In this document: positions 33,791-48,549 of the stretch, in pieces
How positions within the stretch are numbered: position 1 is the stretch's first letter
Layout: each line of letters opens with the position of its first letter
Assembly (NCBI GenBank): GCA_905178155.1
Contig: CAJINV010000004.1
Location: 10,461,655 to 10,525,654 of the forward strand
Length of the DNA stretch: 64,000 bases
DNA from: Amoebophrya sp. A120
Taxonomy: Eukaryota > Protista > Dinoflagellata
Direction of reading: 5' to 3'
Notes under the pieces: model-generated
Seen by the model: the letters and a program-made list of their open reading frames with translations, nothing else
The model's database searches: none
Told to the model about the DNA's origin: nothing
Program-made: the position numbers and the translations under genes

Positions 33791-35019
33791 TCATCGATCG
33801 GGGTGCTTCGGCGTCCCCTGAAAGTCCGGCTCGACGTCTTCTGGATCGAGGCCGAGGAGTTCCCATAGCGGCACGCCTCGTTGCTTCTGAGGATCGGGCA
33901 AGAAGCGGTTTTTTCGTAGCCGCCTGAAACGTCGTCCTCGGACCTTGTGGGTGTAGGCGACCGCTTTCCCGTTTTCCCCTTTTCTCAAAACTTTCCGTCC
34001 TCGGCTAGCTTCCCGCCGCGTCGCGCGCCGCTCCGGAGACGAGGGCAGCTCCGTGCTTCCTTCCGAAGAGCTGCCACGACGAGTTTCGGGAATTCTGATT
34101 GTGCGCTCCATCAACTCGCGCGCAAGCAACGCCTGCGCTGAGTCCGCAGCAGCTTCGGTATCGCTGATTGGGCCTCGTTGTCGTGGTGGTTCCGCATCTG
34201 TATCTGCTTCGGAACTCTCCGTCAGCCCGTCGCAGCACAGCGCACCGGTCGCCGCGTGTGCCATCAGGGAATAGAGTAACTGCTTCAGGTAATAGCGGTC
34301 ACAAGAAACTGGGTCGTGGCAGAGAAACGCTGGCTGCAGCGTCGCCCAATCCATGTTCGAAATTTCCGCTGCCGAATGCATATCCCGAACAAATTCTTTG
34401 GGGTCCGGAATCTTTACAAAATAACGCCACACGTCCAAGAACGACTCCTCCCACGACTCTTTCGCGATCTGGAAGAGATGATTTTTTGGGGAAGTAAGAA
34501 AATGCTTTTACATACGCTTACGATATCAGGCACGATAGGACCAGGCAAAGATGCTTCCCGAACTAGAAGAAAAATTGGAGCCCATCAACTGAAAAGTGGT
34601 TGCAAATCTATGCTGCTTTGTCTGCTATGCCAATGAAGCAATACCTCTTGGTCTGCTAAAAACTGCCCCCCCTGCCGACAATCGATGGCATTGCCGGCGC
34701 CCTGTAGCTGATTCGGCAGAAAAACAGCCTGCATTTTGAGCCGCAGCACGTGAGCGCTGCACTTCATACTGCCGCCGTCCGTTGGCCTTCTGAAACTGCC
34801 CAGCATCAAAGAAAATGGAACAACGTCCGCCTTTATTGCTAGTACGTTCCACTCCAACAGCGCCTGTGCCTGAGGCGTTGCGCCGTTCAATATTACGCCC
34901 TCGCGTGCTTCCGTGACCAAGTGTTGACCGCGCGACGCGGAAACCTGGAGCGCACTCTGCGGAACAGCGAGGAAGGGCACCGCCGCGAGGAGAGCCCTAG
35001 GAGGCGTGAGTAGTTTCAT
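33791..35019 (-). CDS. Hypothetical protein, probably two exons, with a signal-peptide-like N-terminus
   Basis: Adjacent minus-strand ORFs 34585-35019 and 33791-34438; candidate acceptor ttccag near 34468; junction not resolved. Confidence 0.4.
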
Positions 35020-38000
35020 GGTGTTGTCGTTGGTTCAAAAATTTCAGAGAGAAATAAAATCTGTTACTTCGCGGCAAACTCAAAAGACCTTTGCTAATCA
35101 AGTATAAGCTTGTGTTTGATTTCGACCCCTACTTAGATGGTAGCAAAAGCGAGTACAAGTGAGAAGAGTCGTGGAGCTGAATGCTTATGTTGCGAGACAA
35201 TACAAAATCGGGATCAGTGGATCGCTGTCCACGATTTGCTGCACTCGGACATCAACACGACCGAGAGCGGCGCCACAGCCTTACAAGAGACGTTTTGCAC
35301 CAGCGAAGTGACCGAGTTTTTGCATCCATCCGAGACCGACGCGCTGTGTGTGACCGAGAAACAAACAGAAAAAAGCTACCGAAGACAGCCTGTAACTGTT
35401 GACACCCCTGTTAGGGAGGCGGAGAAATTGCTGTCAGTACAAAAGACCAGCTGCACCGATGTGGATGAAAAAGCTGCTCTTTTTGCACTACCGATTTCAG
35501 AAAAACTACACTGACTACCGAGCGCGGAATTCGGAGAAAATTCCGATGCTGCAAAAAACAAATATTTGCTCTGCGCCGGAATTCCTGAAGCTAGAGCAGG
35601 AACAGCAGCGGGGGTTTGTGTCGTAGAAAATCCAGGCAATGCTTTACATCGATTGATCTTTACACGAGTGCATAATTCGCTCGCACAGACGATGGCGAAT
35701 CAAGGACACGAACAACAAACAAGCAGCTTAGAAGCGCCAGCAGCAGGACCACTCTCCCGCCCTTCCGTATATGTTTCCGCTTCTTTTTCCTTTTGCGACT
35801 ACATTTCTTTTCTTTTTCTCTGTTTCGTGTGGAGTCTTCACAAGTGTGAAAGCCCGATGTTCAAATAGCGTAGTGAGTGTTGTTCTTCAGAGTGGCGCGA
35901 CGAAAACTTGTTGCAGTGTGTCCAATTGGACACTGCTCAATTTTTTCCACGCAGTCCCTTATTCGAGTTTTTTAGGACAAGGAAGTTCTGTAGTCTCAAA
36001 AAATGGAAAAGCCTTTTTATCGAATTTTGATCCCATCATGAATAACCCTAACAGCAGCGACAAGCACTAATGCTCTTTTGCATGGTGATAGAATTCACGA
36101 GTTTTTCGAGAGTAGAAATGTCCAAAACCAGTAGACCATGCTGCTCCGGTAAAACATAGGTGAGACAAGACGAACTACTTACACAAAGAGACCTAAGCCG
36201 CAAACTATCAGGTGCCCGCAACTCTTCCGCTTTCTTTCTAAATGGTGAAAAAATAGGTACGATAATTTCGGTTTCAGCTGCGACTATACTGCATAATCGC
36301 TAGAATGAACGCGCACGGAAATAGAGTTTTTTAGTCCGCCCCAAACCTGACACCAGACAAATTTTAGCTACGTCGTAATTTATGCGACAGCTAAAAGCCC
36401 TTCCGACGAAACGCGACGGCAATTTATGCCCCCGCGAGGCTCGTCCCCCTGAGCACAGATTGTTGCAGTAGGCTGCTCTTCGGCAAGTTGTATCGAAAAT
36501 CGGCTCTCCTTGTTTGAAACGAGAAAATTTCGAAAAAGCGATCGGTCCGCTGTTCTAGGGATGCTAACAAACAACTAGGAACGCAGCGCTGGCAGAAAGA
36601 AACGTTTGTTTACTGCTAGTGCTCTTTTTCTTTATTCCCGATGAAAAGTCTTCATTCATAAAATTCTTTTTACCAAATGCGATGTTCCGTTCATGGGCTA
36701 CTAGTGCAATCGATACATGGAAGAAATCAGCAACCTTCAGAAACCCTGTTTAGCCCCAGATTTGTAACTTAAGTCTATCTGATATGTACATGTCAGACAT
36801 TGTTCCACAGCAAAATAACAGTGCGCAGCGTTTTAGCATACCGCTGTCCCCGATAGCAGTACTATTTCAGGCGCTTCATCTTTCCCAACATATCTCTTTG
36901 GTGCGTACAAAAGAATTTTCTAGATGCAAAGATTCTTAGGAAGTCTACTAAAAATTTGCGTTGGAATCGTCTAAATGAAGCTGCGCGCGAGACCAAGAAA
37001 GGTTCGCACGCAGCCTGGTGCATAAACAGCGTCGAATGACCCGCGTAAAATTTTTGGTGCGGGAAATGATTAGGATTCACAGTACACAGCGGCTTTTGAG
37101 CGACCATAGTAGCTTGCGGAGAAAAAGCTGAGACTTATGGCGCCCCCGCGGTCGCCGTGAAATCCCTACAACAATTCACTGGAGCAAGCGTCTTACAGCT
37201 AAAACCAGCTCTTTGTCCATTGGCGGCATTGCAGGTCAATCTATCTTGCTGAAAAAAGCACCAAATTTGTGCAGGTTGGATGTAATCCACCTGCTGTTGG
37301 GTGAAACAGTAACAGGGACCGCAGGTAATATCGACAGCTAGATATCGGCCATGCAGAAGATCTTTGAGGCCCACCGGTTGCAAACTTGCCACCGATCGGG
37401 ATCGGTTTTCTCGCACTGCAGATTCTAAAAATCGATTACCTTCCCATGCTTTTCCTCTCTTTAATTATGTTGGACTTCCTTGTTCTATCGGTGCTGACAT
37501 TGTTTTCTAACATATTCACTGTTCTTGGGGCATTAATTTTCTATCAAAAGTCTGGAGTGTGACAGGACACAATGAGTGTCCCCATCCTCGGGTTGGTTGT
37601 GATGCACTTGTTACCAATGGTTGTGTCCAAGATGTTTTCCGTAGTCTTTAGGTGTGGTCTTTTACTATGGTCATGTGTCCGTGTGGCACTTAGTTCGAAA
37701 GCAACTCTCCTTTGATGTCTTGTCTAGGCTCAAAGGCTGTAGCAAGCTATTGCAACAGACCGTCAAGAGTTCAAAGTGCTGAAGTCGTCGCGTGTGGTGG
37801 TCGCAAGATGTACGATTGCTATCATGGGTAAGTGTGGTACTAAGTCGGAGAGCGCTTTCGCTTCAATCGTTAGTTGTGTAGAACAAGTTCCCTCGAAAAG
37901 AAAAGCACAGCCAAATTACCAAAATGTTGATTCTCTACCATGTAAGAATCTCGGCGTCGTGAAGATGTAATTATATTCTCTAGTATTTCATCAAATCTCA

Positions 38001-38063
38001 ATCTCTAGTAAACGCACTGCACTTTCTCTCTCTACTGTTGACAACTAAAAGACCGATAGCTTC

Positions 38064-41000
38064 TTAGTGCTTCTTTTCCTTCGGGGACATCTGGAAGACC
38101 AGGACGGTAAGGATCACTCCCATCATACCGAAGATGATTCGCGCCCAGTCGTTCTTCGTGGCCTTGATGCTGTCCTCAATGAACATCTTCTCGAGCAGCA
38201 CGATGAGGACCAGGGAGATGGCGGCGCAGATGTTCTTCCACAGAGAGGACAAAACCTTCGCGATGTACGCGGACATCCAGGTCTGACCCGCGTTCAGAAA
38301 AACACCCAAAAAGAAGGCCGGACCAATGTACACCCACGGAAGCGGGGACCCGGTGTATCTGCGGTATTTAGCGATTTTGGTCCTTTGGTTTGGACGAACG
38401 AATACTTAGAACAACAAGCAAAGATATTATTCTATCATGATTGACCGAAAATGATTTCTGTCAAAGGGAAACAAAAATCATCCAGTAAGTACCCGTGCAA
38501 CTCGGAGAAGGCGAAGGCGTTGCGCTTGAATTCGGCGTTTTCGGCCCGGTCGGTGTCGACGTACTCCTTCATGTTGCGCCAGGATCGGGATCCCTTGATC
38601 AGAGATTTGAAGTAGCCAAAGTTGGAAGACCACTCGTCGTCATTCACGTTGCACATTGCGAGACTGCACCCGTTCTTCACGCCCGCAGCGGTGTCACCTT
38701 TAATAGCGGTCAGGAACGAACATTGGAGAAAGTACAAAAGAATTTCCGGCACTATGCACAAAAAAGGGCATAAAGAAATCAATTTGCGAATCACTGGAAA
38801 ACACACACTGACAAAGCCGCTTCAACAAGTTGTCTATACCTGGGTAAGTCTGGATCTCCAGTCCGCTGATAGCGTTGACCTCGGTGATGTCCTGTCTGAT
38901 GCTGTATTTGAATTTGGTAAGGGTGTTGTCCTGCAGCAAGTCGTTCATGTAAAAGGCGGAGTTGAACTTCAGCTTTGAAAAGAATGCGCCCTCCTTGTTC
39001 TCCAAAACCTGCTCGCGGGTCTTGCCCTGCTGGTCATCGGCGATGCCGAAGAAGCTATCCCACTCCTTTACGGTCTTTGCGGTCTTCTGGTCATCGGTCA
39101 GCTCGTCCCACTTGGCCTTGGCCTCCTTGTCCTTCTTCTTTTTGTTGTCCTTGCTGTTCTCCTCCCGCGGGTTGGCGTCCTTTTTCGGGCCGGTGGAAGC
39201 GGAGAAGGTCAGCTTCTGCGGCACTTGCAGTGCCATAGTTGCGTCGAGGGAGATGCGTCCGCACGTGGCCTTGGAGGACTGGTACCCAGTCTCCTCCACT
39301 GGAGCTTTGAGGCGGTTCTCGTACGCCTTGACAGTGTCGCCACTCGGCCACACCGGCTCGGCGCCGAAGTCAATGCGCTTGTCGCAAGAGTCCACTTTGA
39401 ACACGATCTTTTCGTTGAAAGACTTCGAGATGGACTTGGCAATGTTCGCGTCCTTCTTGTCCAGGGTCTCCACCGTCAACGTAGACGTGCGCACGTACGC
39501 AATCTTCAAAATCATGTCACTTGGCTGGTGGTGCTGGACCTTGGCGTACTCGAACTTGTAACTGGCCTGGACCGGGGTCGGTGTGGTCAAGGCTTCCTGC
39601 AGGGCGACCGCGGCGGCGGTGACGGCCGCGGCGTCGACCGGCGAGGCAGATTGGGCAGCCTCGAGGGCTTCCTGTTTCGCCTTGATGTCCAGCGCTGCCG
39701 GCTTGATCAGGTCAAGGACCTTTTGGTACGTCTCCTTGGCCTTGCGGTCTTTCTCCGCATCAGTGGGGTCGGACGGAAGGCCGCCACGTCCCTCCGGGTA
39801 GTAGGTCGCCGGGTTTGAATCGTCACCGTTGTACGCGGCAAACTCGTTGTAGAGATCAAGGGTATTGAGCTCACTGTCCTTCTGCAGGGTGAAGTAGGCG
39901 GAAGGCTTCGGGCAACCTGAGGAGATAAATGTTTTTGATTGCTTAAAGCGTACACGCAGCAGGGACCGCGGGGCTCGCTCCTAAACGACGACTACAGCAA
40001 CCATAGTACTACCTGACGCGAGATGAATGTTGCATGCAGAATGTTGTATCATGCCAAAGAAAAGCGTTTAAAATCATATTATCATAACACAACCACAATA
40101 CCGGTGTGCTTGTCGGCGCCGGACACGAAGGCGTGCAAGTGGTTGCGGGTCATCTGGTCGGCATCCAGGGCCGGGGTGTCGCGGCGGAACAGGTTCAGGG
40201 CCTCGAACTCTTCGTTGCGAACGCGACCAACGGTGGAGACGAACATGTTGTTCAGGATGCTTGCCGGCTGCATCGCGGTGGCGGAGGAGAACGGCTGCTG
40301 GATGTAGAATTTGGTGTCAATCAGAATCGCCTCCGCACCCTTCATCTTGCGCAACTGCGTGTCGGCGTGGCCGGCCATGCGGCCGAAGTCCTCCGCGAGG
40401 CCGCGGTTCACGAACTGGATGCGCTCGCCCATGTCGTGCAGCGCGTATTCGGTCTTGGAGCGGCGCTTCTTCATTACGCGCTGCAGCTTGTTGAGCTGGT
40501 CGTAGGCATTGACGGAGTCGTTCTCCAGACCGACGGTTTCGCCATACTGCTGCCCGAAAGTGCGCATGTCGGCAGTGGAGGACCAGTAGGCCATGTCCAT
40601 TCTGTTTTTTTATAGGATACTGAAATTGAGCATCATCGCTCCGTCAGAAACCGGAATTCTAACACAGCCATCAGATGTAGTTGTGTGGTGAACTAGTCCT
40701 CACAACTCAGAAGCCCTTTATCTGTGCATCTGATCAAAATCAGCCTTTGTCAACAAACCACATAATAAATTTACCTGTTCGGGATGTCAACCGCCTTGAT
40801 TCCGCCGTCGGTCAGGTCCTGGTACGTAGCATCGTAGTTCCAGTTGGTCAAAGCATCACCGTGGCTGTAGACGGCGGCACGGTAGGTCAGCGGCCAGTTC
40901 TTCACGAACTGCTTACCCGTGTTGAACTCGGACAGGTTGTGGCCGTCGCACAGATCCATCATGATGGCGACGAAGGGAACGAAAAGGAAGGTTCCGCACA

Positions 41001-42530
41001 CACCGAAAAGGAACGTCCAGACCTCGAACTGGAACTTCTGCAGGTAGAACGGAAGTTTCCTGATTTGGTGATCGGTGGAGTTGCAAAAGTGCATGTGAGA
41101 GAACGAGTGTTTTGTTCCATTGCAAATCTATGAATCGATTGCTGAAAATATTGCTCGAATTCGTCTATGCACACTATGCAAATCCAAAACCATGAAAAAC
41201 CTAGCAAAAAACGATCCTATACTTGCTTTCCTTCATGACTTTCTCGCCGAACAGGGAACCGAGCACGGCGCAGATGTTGGTCAGGATGGACAAAACCAAC
41301 CCGATGATAACATCGGTCGAGTCGAATAAGTCGGAAGGTTCTTGCATCATCTGAAACTGGAAAACCCCGACGGTAATGGAGAAGATCATCAACCACTGCA
41401 GGGTGGTGTAGCCCGCTCCCATGATGATCATGGAGAACAGCGCGGTCAGCGGGATTCGGAGCTGGGAGAACACCTTACGGGTGGCGCCGGAAATGTACAT
41501 GTTCTGCAGCAAGTTCAAAACTTGGGACAGGGCTGTAGTTGTGTTTTGATTTTATTGCCCGTTGTGATTTGACATGGAAATTTAAAATTTAGAATTCCAA
41601 AAAGACAACACCAGCAGCAACTCTAGTAGTACTATCATCAACTCCCGTCGTGTTTCGCATAAGTACCCGATGACGCGACCGACTATTTCTCCACGGATTG
41701 AATCACGCAGATCCCACGACTGTTGCTCCTCAACAAGACAAATGAAAGCACAAAATGAGAAACATCTAAAAATTCAATACAGAACATGGAGGACGGCAGG
41801 GCGTAGGCGGAGAGGCGCTTCCAGTCGAACATAGCGGCCATACCGGACGCCGGTCCCATGAAGATGATGGTCAGCGTGAACGCGAGGACCATGTTCAAAA
41901 TCTGGATGACGTTGGTCATGATGGAGGTGTTGACTGTGGTGCCGTGAGTAGAGACACCCTCAGCCAGGATTTTACCGGTATCGAAGGTGATGAAGAGGAC
42001 GACGACCAACGGGGCGAGGAACCAGGAGGAGTTATCCTCTTCCTTTTTCTGATGTAGTTTTGGGTAGTTTTTTTAGATGAGTGCTGCCGATGTAGCGTTT
42101 CTGTGAATCAATCCAAAGATGCTGCTCCAACAAAAAAATGATCGCAGTAGTTGTACTGGGAACAATTCACGCCGAGTTAGTATTTTCTCTCTCGAAATAA
42201 AGGAACTCCGCATAATCTTTAAAAAATCCGCTTCAATTATACCAAGACTTCTCCAGCGGCCTTCTTGGCGTCCGACAGGCGGGCACCTTCTCCCGGGCCT
42301 GGGGACTTCTTCAAGGTAGCCTCCGTCTGGGCCATGGTCTCCGGGTCTGCGCCACCGGAAAGCACCGAGGCGTTGTCATCTTCCATGGCAACCTCCACAT
42401 CCTGCTGGTCAATGTAGGGGTTCTGGTAGCTGCGCTGCGGCTCGTTGTGAATGAGCGGAGCATCGTCACCCTCACCGGCGCCTGCCGCCCAGGCGGCTTC
42501 GATATCCTGATCGCGATGGTAGAACGGCAT
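38064..42530 (-). CDS. Nucleotide-sugar transporter (SLC35A-like), ~8 exons, with a very large internal insertion
   Basis: Motifs LSAYALPSSMF, VFSQLRIPLTALFSMIIMGAGYTTLQWL, ICAVLGSLFGEKVMK and MSAYIAKVLSSLWKNICAAISLVL; the introns inspected are GT-AG. Confidence 0.72.
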
Positions 42531-43343
42531 CTTGTTTCTTTTGTTCGGAGTTTTTTCTAAAACTACAGCCTGTCCACACTTGTGACAGACTTATATGCAG
42601 GTAGAAAACAATGCAAAGAGGAATACAGATTCCCTAACTGTTCTGACCGCCAATTTGTGGTGATCAAAACAAAGTCCACTGGATATAAATGGGAAGAAAA
42701 GATAATCAGAAAGCAAAAAGAAGAAGCGCATCAACGAAGCACGGCTATAGGCGTGATCCGTAGCAAATCAATGATCACGATGATCTTTAGATGGACAATC
42801 CGGAATTTAGAACGACGCAGAACCCATTTCAGACCACTTCAAGAACCTACAAGATCGAGACGCTCACATCGTGCCTTTTTCAATTAAGCATCCTGGGAGT
42901 TGCTGCGCAAAATTTAGATCGCAATCCAATGGATCATGGCTGAAGTGTGGAACTGGAGAAAGATGATCAACACAACATTATTAAACATCCGTCAAGTAGT
43001 AGATCAGGCCATTTTAGCATCAATCAAAAGTGCCTTGTTCAGCTTCAGCAGTGCGCATGCGGCAAATTTGATCTTGACACACAGCGCGCAACAGAAAAGA
43101 AAGCTAGTTTAGATCGGTTAAGAAGTTGTGATAACGCAAACACTCGCGTGCATGATCTGACAGAGTAGCAAGTGGGCTCAACATCTCTGAAACCCTACTT
43201 ACGACGTGGCTGTGTTTGATATGTCGCTAATTATCTTTATAACATTGCGCACTAGAACTCGTATCCGTAGATGTCTGATTTCGACAGATGCTACATCTAC
43301 TATCGCTCGTACAACTGCATGTCGGTGTTCCAAAGCGAGACTC

Positions 43344-46300
43344 CTACGCTTTGAATCCAAAGTCTTTGATTTGCCGCGCCCGGCGGCCGCAGGCCTCCCG
43401 CACGTCTTTGGATACAACGGAACCATCCACCTCCGTATGTACATCGATCCACTTCTGGAGCAAGTTTTTCACGCAGACCCGGAGTTGCCCCATCGGCGAC
43501 TTTTTGTTCTTTGATTTTGGCACAGATTGCGCGAAGACAATGGCGAGTCGCACGGGAATCGCTAGCTCCAAGTACTGCCGCCAGCAGGTGATATCGGGAA
43601 GATTCGCTGCGCTTCGTGTTGTACTGGGGTGGTCTCCACTCTCCGCCGAGTTTTCTTCTCCAACCCCAACAAGCGCAGAGAGCTGCTGTTCGCATTTCTC
43701 GTGCTCTTCGCTCCAAAAAGAGACGAATATTTTCGCCCAGGCGACGATGTCGAGCGGTGCGAGTACTACGCCATTTTTACCTCCCGTTCCTTCTTTCCCG
43801 GCTTCACACTCGGCGACTAGCCTTCCCAGCGCATGTCTCGCCGGCTTCCCAACCTGGCACAGCTGCAACACTTGATGCGAAAGGTAGCGCCGCTCGAACT
43901 CAGCGTGGAGGTTTGGCTTGAGAAGTTGTGGCAATACGCCGCTTTCCTCTCTATCGCTACATGAAGATGTCAAAATTTTTATTGTCGGCTTAAAAATCAA
44001 CGGCAACAGCTCCTCGTCCTCGTGCCAGAGCGGTTCTGTCGGCGCTACGACGTCGTCGAACAGACCTCCGCAGTGTTGAATCCACGGCGGCGACTCCACC
44101 TGCATATTCAGAGCGGTTGGCAGTACTGCCTCCGTTTCTCCTTCTCCATCTCCATCTCCCGAACCAGCTCCCTCTAGTTCCAGTTGCAGTAGATGCAAGC
44201 AGACTGCTTCACTCGCGCTGTTATCGAAAGGTGTCTTCGTGTTCCTACCACTGCTCGCTTCGCCTTGCGCCGCACCTGTAACAGTACTACTGCTGCTAGA
44301 AGACGTTCCACTTTGCACGATGTCGCTGTGCAGGCGAAACGCCGTACTTGCCATCTTTGCGCCGGCGAGGGAGATCGACTTCTGTATCTGCTTGCTATGC
44401 TTCACACACTCCACAGCTCTGTCCGGGTTAAGACTGGTGTCAAACGATCTTTCCACGTACTGCTCCATTTCCTGGCAATGCTGCGCGTGCCACCCGGCGA
44501 TTTTGTGCTGTAGGGAGTGCGCCAGGTCGACGCGACCGACGTCGTACAGCAGGTACTCGAAATACAGTGCGGTTAGCCGCGAGGACAGCAGGATGTTTTT
44601 GATCTCCAGCTTGTCGAACATTTTAACTGCCTTCAACACGGTTTGATCCACGAGCTGCTGATCGGACTTTGCATCAGCACCTTCTCGTGGTGGAGATGAT
44701 GCAGATCCTCCAGCACAACCATTGAAAATTTTCATGTAGAGCAGCAGTTGCAAGGTCTCCGCGCGACGCGTCGTTCTCTCCGTTTCCGATTGCTCGGCGT
44801 CGAGAAGGGTCGCGAGATCCAGCAACTTCTTGTTCAGTTCAGGGTCGGAAGAAGGTACTTCTTCTAAACCTGTTTCGCCGTTCTTCCCAGGATTAACATT
44901 CTGCTTCGCCAGCAATCGCTCGGCCTCCGCGACAGCATAGAGAAATAAGAAATCATCCCGGTTTCTCGTCGTGTTGCTACTTTCAGTTAGCTTGTCGCTG
45001 CTTCCATCACCTGCGGTGGTTTCTTTCGGCTTCATGGCCTCAAAGTGTCGCAAAAGTTGTGGTGCGATTTCGTCCAGGGCAACAACTACCGGCCTGCTGC
45101 TTTCCTGACCACCTCTACCAGAACTCATCAATAGCCTGGTGGTGTTAATCACAACCTGCTGGAGCACATCTTCGTACTGCTTCTCCACTTGCTCCGGCTT
45201 TGCCCCAAGGACGGGAACGACGTTGGCGAGAAGTCTGCCCTCACACCATCTTCTCAACTCCGGACCTGATCCGCTTGAAGTGGGACTACCGCAGCAGAAG
45301 CTGTCCCACAGGAAGGGCAAAACTAAGTTGTAGAAGAGTTCTCCGGCGCTGCAAGAACTCCCGGCGGTACTAGCTGTAACAATGTTCTTACTGCTGAAGA
45401 AGGCCCGCAGGTCGAAGACGCTATTCACGAAGCCCATGAGCTCCACACCGATTGTGACGAGTGGTAGGTTGTCTTTTACAGCCTGTTGTATAGGAATGCT
45501 TTCATCTTGTCCACGACCTAGTCGCACCGTTCTAGTACTGGAAGAAGAGGACGACAACTGCTCTGGATAGAAGGACTTGTTCGCCTTGTAGTTCTCCACT
45601 GCTGCAATTTCCCTTCTCCCCTCCGTACTCAAGCTTGCGACCTCCACAAACGTCGCCAACAGCGCTAAGAACCGGTTTTGTTCCTTCTCGCACTTCTCCC
45701 CGATTTTCCTCAACGGAATTGTTTTCGCAGAGAGCAAGTGGAGCAGTTCTTTCACGTTGGTCGGCGCCAGCACGGCTTCCGCGGGAAAGGCGAGACTGTT
45801 TTTCAGCATGATCGTGTGAGTCAAAGTTTTCAATTCATATTTCTCCAAGATGATATCGCTGTTGCCGCAGAGGAACTTGATGCAAGCTTCCGGTCCCTCT
45901 TTCCGGTACAGAATCGACGCACGGAAATTCGCTCGACGGAACCGTATCCGTCGCTGGTCGCACAGCTGCGGACCGTCCAGGCCATCCTGTTCTTTCGATG
46001 AGGTTCTTGTTAGAGTTTCAAATTGCACACACATTGTCAGGGTGAGGCATCAAAGGCGTTAGGCTATTGTAAAACTCGGTATTATGCGCACTCTATCTGT
46101 CAGACTACCTCGCACAAGGACAAGAGCCAGTGAATAAGTAAAATGCCATCTATAATAGTACCAGCCCCTTCAGCTGTCCGCACTGGTCCAGAATCCGCTC
46201 CGCCAGCGCTACATTGGTCTTTTTTTCGCCCAATAATGCGCAGAGCACCATGCACTCCGCGTACCGGTCGTTTTTCGTCTTTGTGTAGAGCTTCATCGCC

Positions 46301-47188
46301 AACAGAAACGCCGTGTCAAACTTCCCGAAGCAGAATTGTTTCACGAAGGCCTGGTGCCAGGATTCCTGGGACACGTCGAAGTCGGCTGCGGATTCCAACA
46401 ATATCGCAAGAAAAAACTGTTTCACTGTGAACTTGTGATGCAGAAAATGAAGCATCAAAGTGTCTCTCTTGCTACACCTGCAAGACATTGGATTTTCAAG
46501 CGTGTTTTCCCTTGGGAAACGCGCATGGCAAATTTTCTGTGTCATGTGTAACAAACTTGTGATGCGGTTCTTGCAAAATCATCACAGTGAAACAGTTTTT
46601 TCGTTGGATAAACAAGGATAACACGTTAAAAGGCTGGAAGTCCACGGTTTTGTTCGCGGACAAGCTAAGAACCAAAGACAGCAAGTGGTCCAGCAGCAAC
46701 GCGGTTCTCCCTTGGCGGAATTTCCTTTTTTCTGCATTTTCTTGATTTTGCTTCCCCGATAGTAGTATTACCTCTTTGAACGCATCGACGATTTCGTCCG
46801 AGCGGTTAAGGTAGATAAGCGCCAGGCACTTCAGGATCCTCACCCGCTCCAAGTCCGCGGCCGGGGTAACGGCGATGGGCTTTTTGGTCTTCTTCGACGA
46901 CGACTGGGCTTTGCTGCTGTCCAGCAGGAGGTCGGCCTGTAGTTGAGGGGACTTAGTTTCGCATGATGTCGGCTGTGTGAAAAACAGCTCGGGCTAGATA
47001 TTGCACTAGAATTTGTACCATTTATGCTTGAAAAAAAACATTTGCGAATGCATGGTGCAAAGCCGCACATAATTGATGCAAACGAAGTTACTTACCTGCT
47101 TGACCGCGTCTTTGTATCGCCTGCTGTCCAGATAATCGTAGATCTCCGCGACCTGCGGCGGATCTACGCCCGTGTCCATGCGCCCCAT
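43344..47188 (-). CDS. NAA25: Probable NatB N-terminal acetyltransferase auxiliary subunit (NAA25/MDM20-like), multi-exon
   Basis: EIYDYLDSRRYKDAVKQ, ILKCLALIYLNRSDE, AMKLYTK and LEIKNIL resemble NAA25 family segments; ~1100 aa, helical composition. Confidence 0.6.
46402..46610. mobile_element. Introner-like element, family C (209 bp)
   Basis: TIR core aaaaaactgtttcactgtga / tcacagtgaaacagtttttt; direct repeat aacaa; join VLSL|LESAA is in frame. Confidence 0.9.
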
Positions 47189-48549
47189 GGCTGTCAGTTT
47201 CGCCAGTGTCTGCTGCTGTACTGACTAAGGAGCAAAAAGCTACAGTCTAGTTGAGCATCATCATCCGTGGCGTTTCTGTGCAGCTCCGCGTTGTAGTTCT
47301 TCTATCAAATGTACTTCATGTTGTTTCTTGTAGGACGCAAGGCTAAAGGACTATTGCGCGCCAGGAATTTTTCAAAGCAAAATTAAGCTAGTACAGTAAG
47401 CACTAAGTACAACTTCGTTTTTCTCTACATAACATCGATATTTCTATAAGTGATTGGAAATCCTGAACAGTAGGTTTTGTTTGAGCTGCTTTGATCAGCA
47501 ATAAACGTGGCACCAATAGTAAAGATCGCATACGGAACGCTCCTGGAGAGAGATCTTCTCTACGTTTGATCGGACAAGTGAGAGGTAGCAAAAGATCTCC
47601 AACACAGGGGGGTAAGTAACCTCGGAACGGGAAGTGGTTGAGCTGTGGATCTGCGATCGAGTGAAATAGAGAAAGCCTCTCCCTCGCCCAGCCAACCAGC
47701 CCAAGGGCCGTCACGAAGCCGATGTGCTGGGCGTCGCCCTGTCACCTTCGGTTTGTCAAATTCATTCTGCTTCAGCTTGCATTTTCGGCTCCGCTTTTCT
47801 CCGGGGTACATTTAAATTTTGCAAATCAGAATGTCAGTTCTCATTGCTTGCGGTTCTGCTGCAAAAGCTGTATGGTACAAGACGTTTTGACATTCATCAA
47901 CCGGTCAAGTAGTTCTTGTACTACCTAGAAAATGGAAACACTACTCAGCTTTGTACAGAGACATTGAAGATGAAACGCGTATACTTTGTATCAGTCTGAA
48001 ACTTTTGTCAAAGCCCCAAATTGCAGCTCCGCTCCAAGAACTGGTGCGCACGTCGCACAAACCAGCATCTTATAAATATTTTGGCGGTGAAGAAGCTGAT
48101 TTGGCGCTGGCATCAGAAGAGCTTCCACCCTTACTGCAGGGCTAGTTTCTGTTAAATCGAGTAAATAAATCGGATTTGATATCTTCGATGCGCAGGCGGT
48201 GCTGCGCTCGCGATTTTTGCGTACTTAACTTGGAAATCAGAAATGAAGAATACCCTGCAAACGTGTTTCTTGCAAGAAGCACTTTTTGCAACACGCGCCT
48301 ACTGAGCTGTTAAAGTCAAACTAAGATCACTTTGTTCCATACGAGTCCAGAGCTTCTTAGCAGCGGAGAAGCTCTACGTCGTAAAAATTTGTTCAGATTT
48401 ATTAAACACTGTTCGATGTTCGTGCTCTTCACTGGAGGAGCACGGGTCGTTTAGAATTTGGATCATTTTGAAATGTGTGCACTTGTACTACTTACAGCGC
48501 TGATACTAGATTCAAGAAAACCACGAAGCGAAATCCCGACAACGGCCGC

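Noticed and set aside
35137-35868. Plus-strand gene
   Set aside because: Short ORFs with no recognisable motif, against the strand of the whole block; cannot be supported
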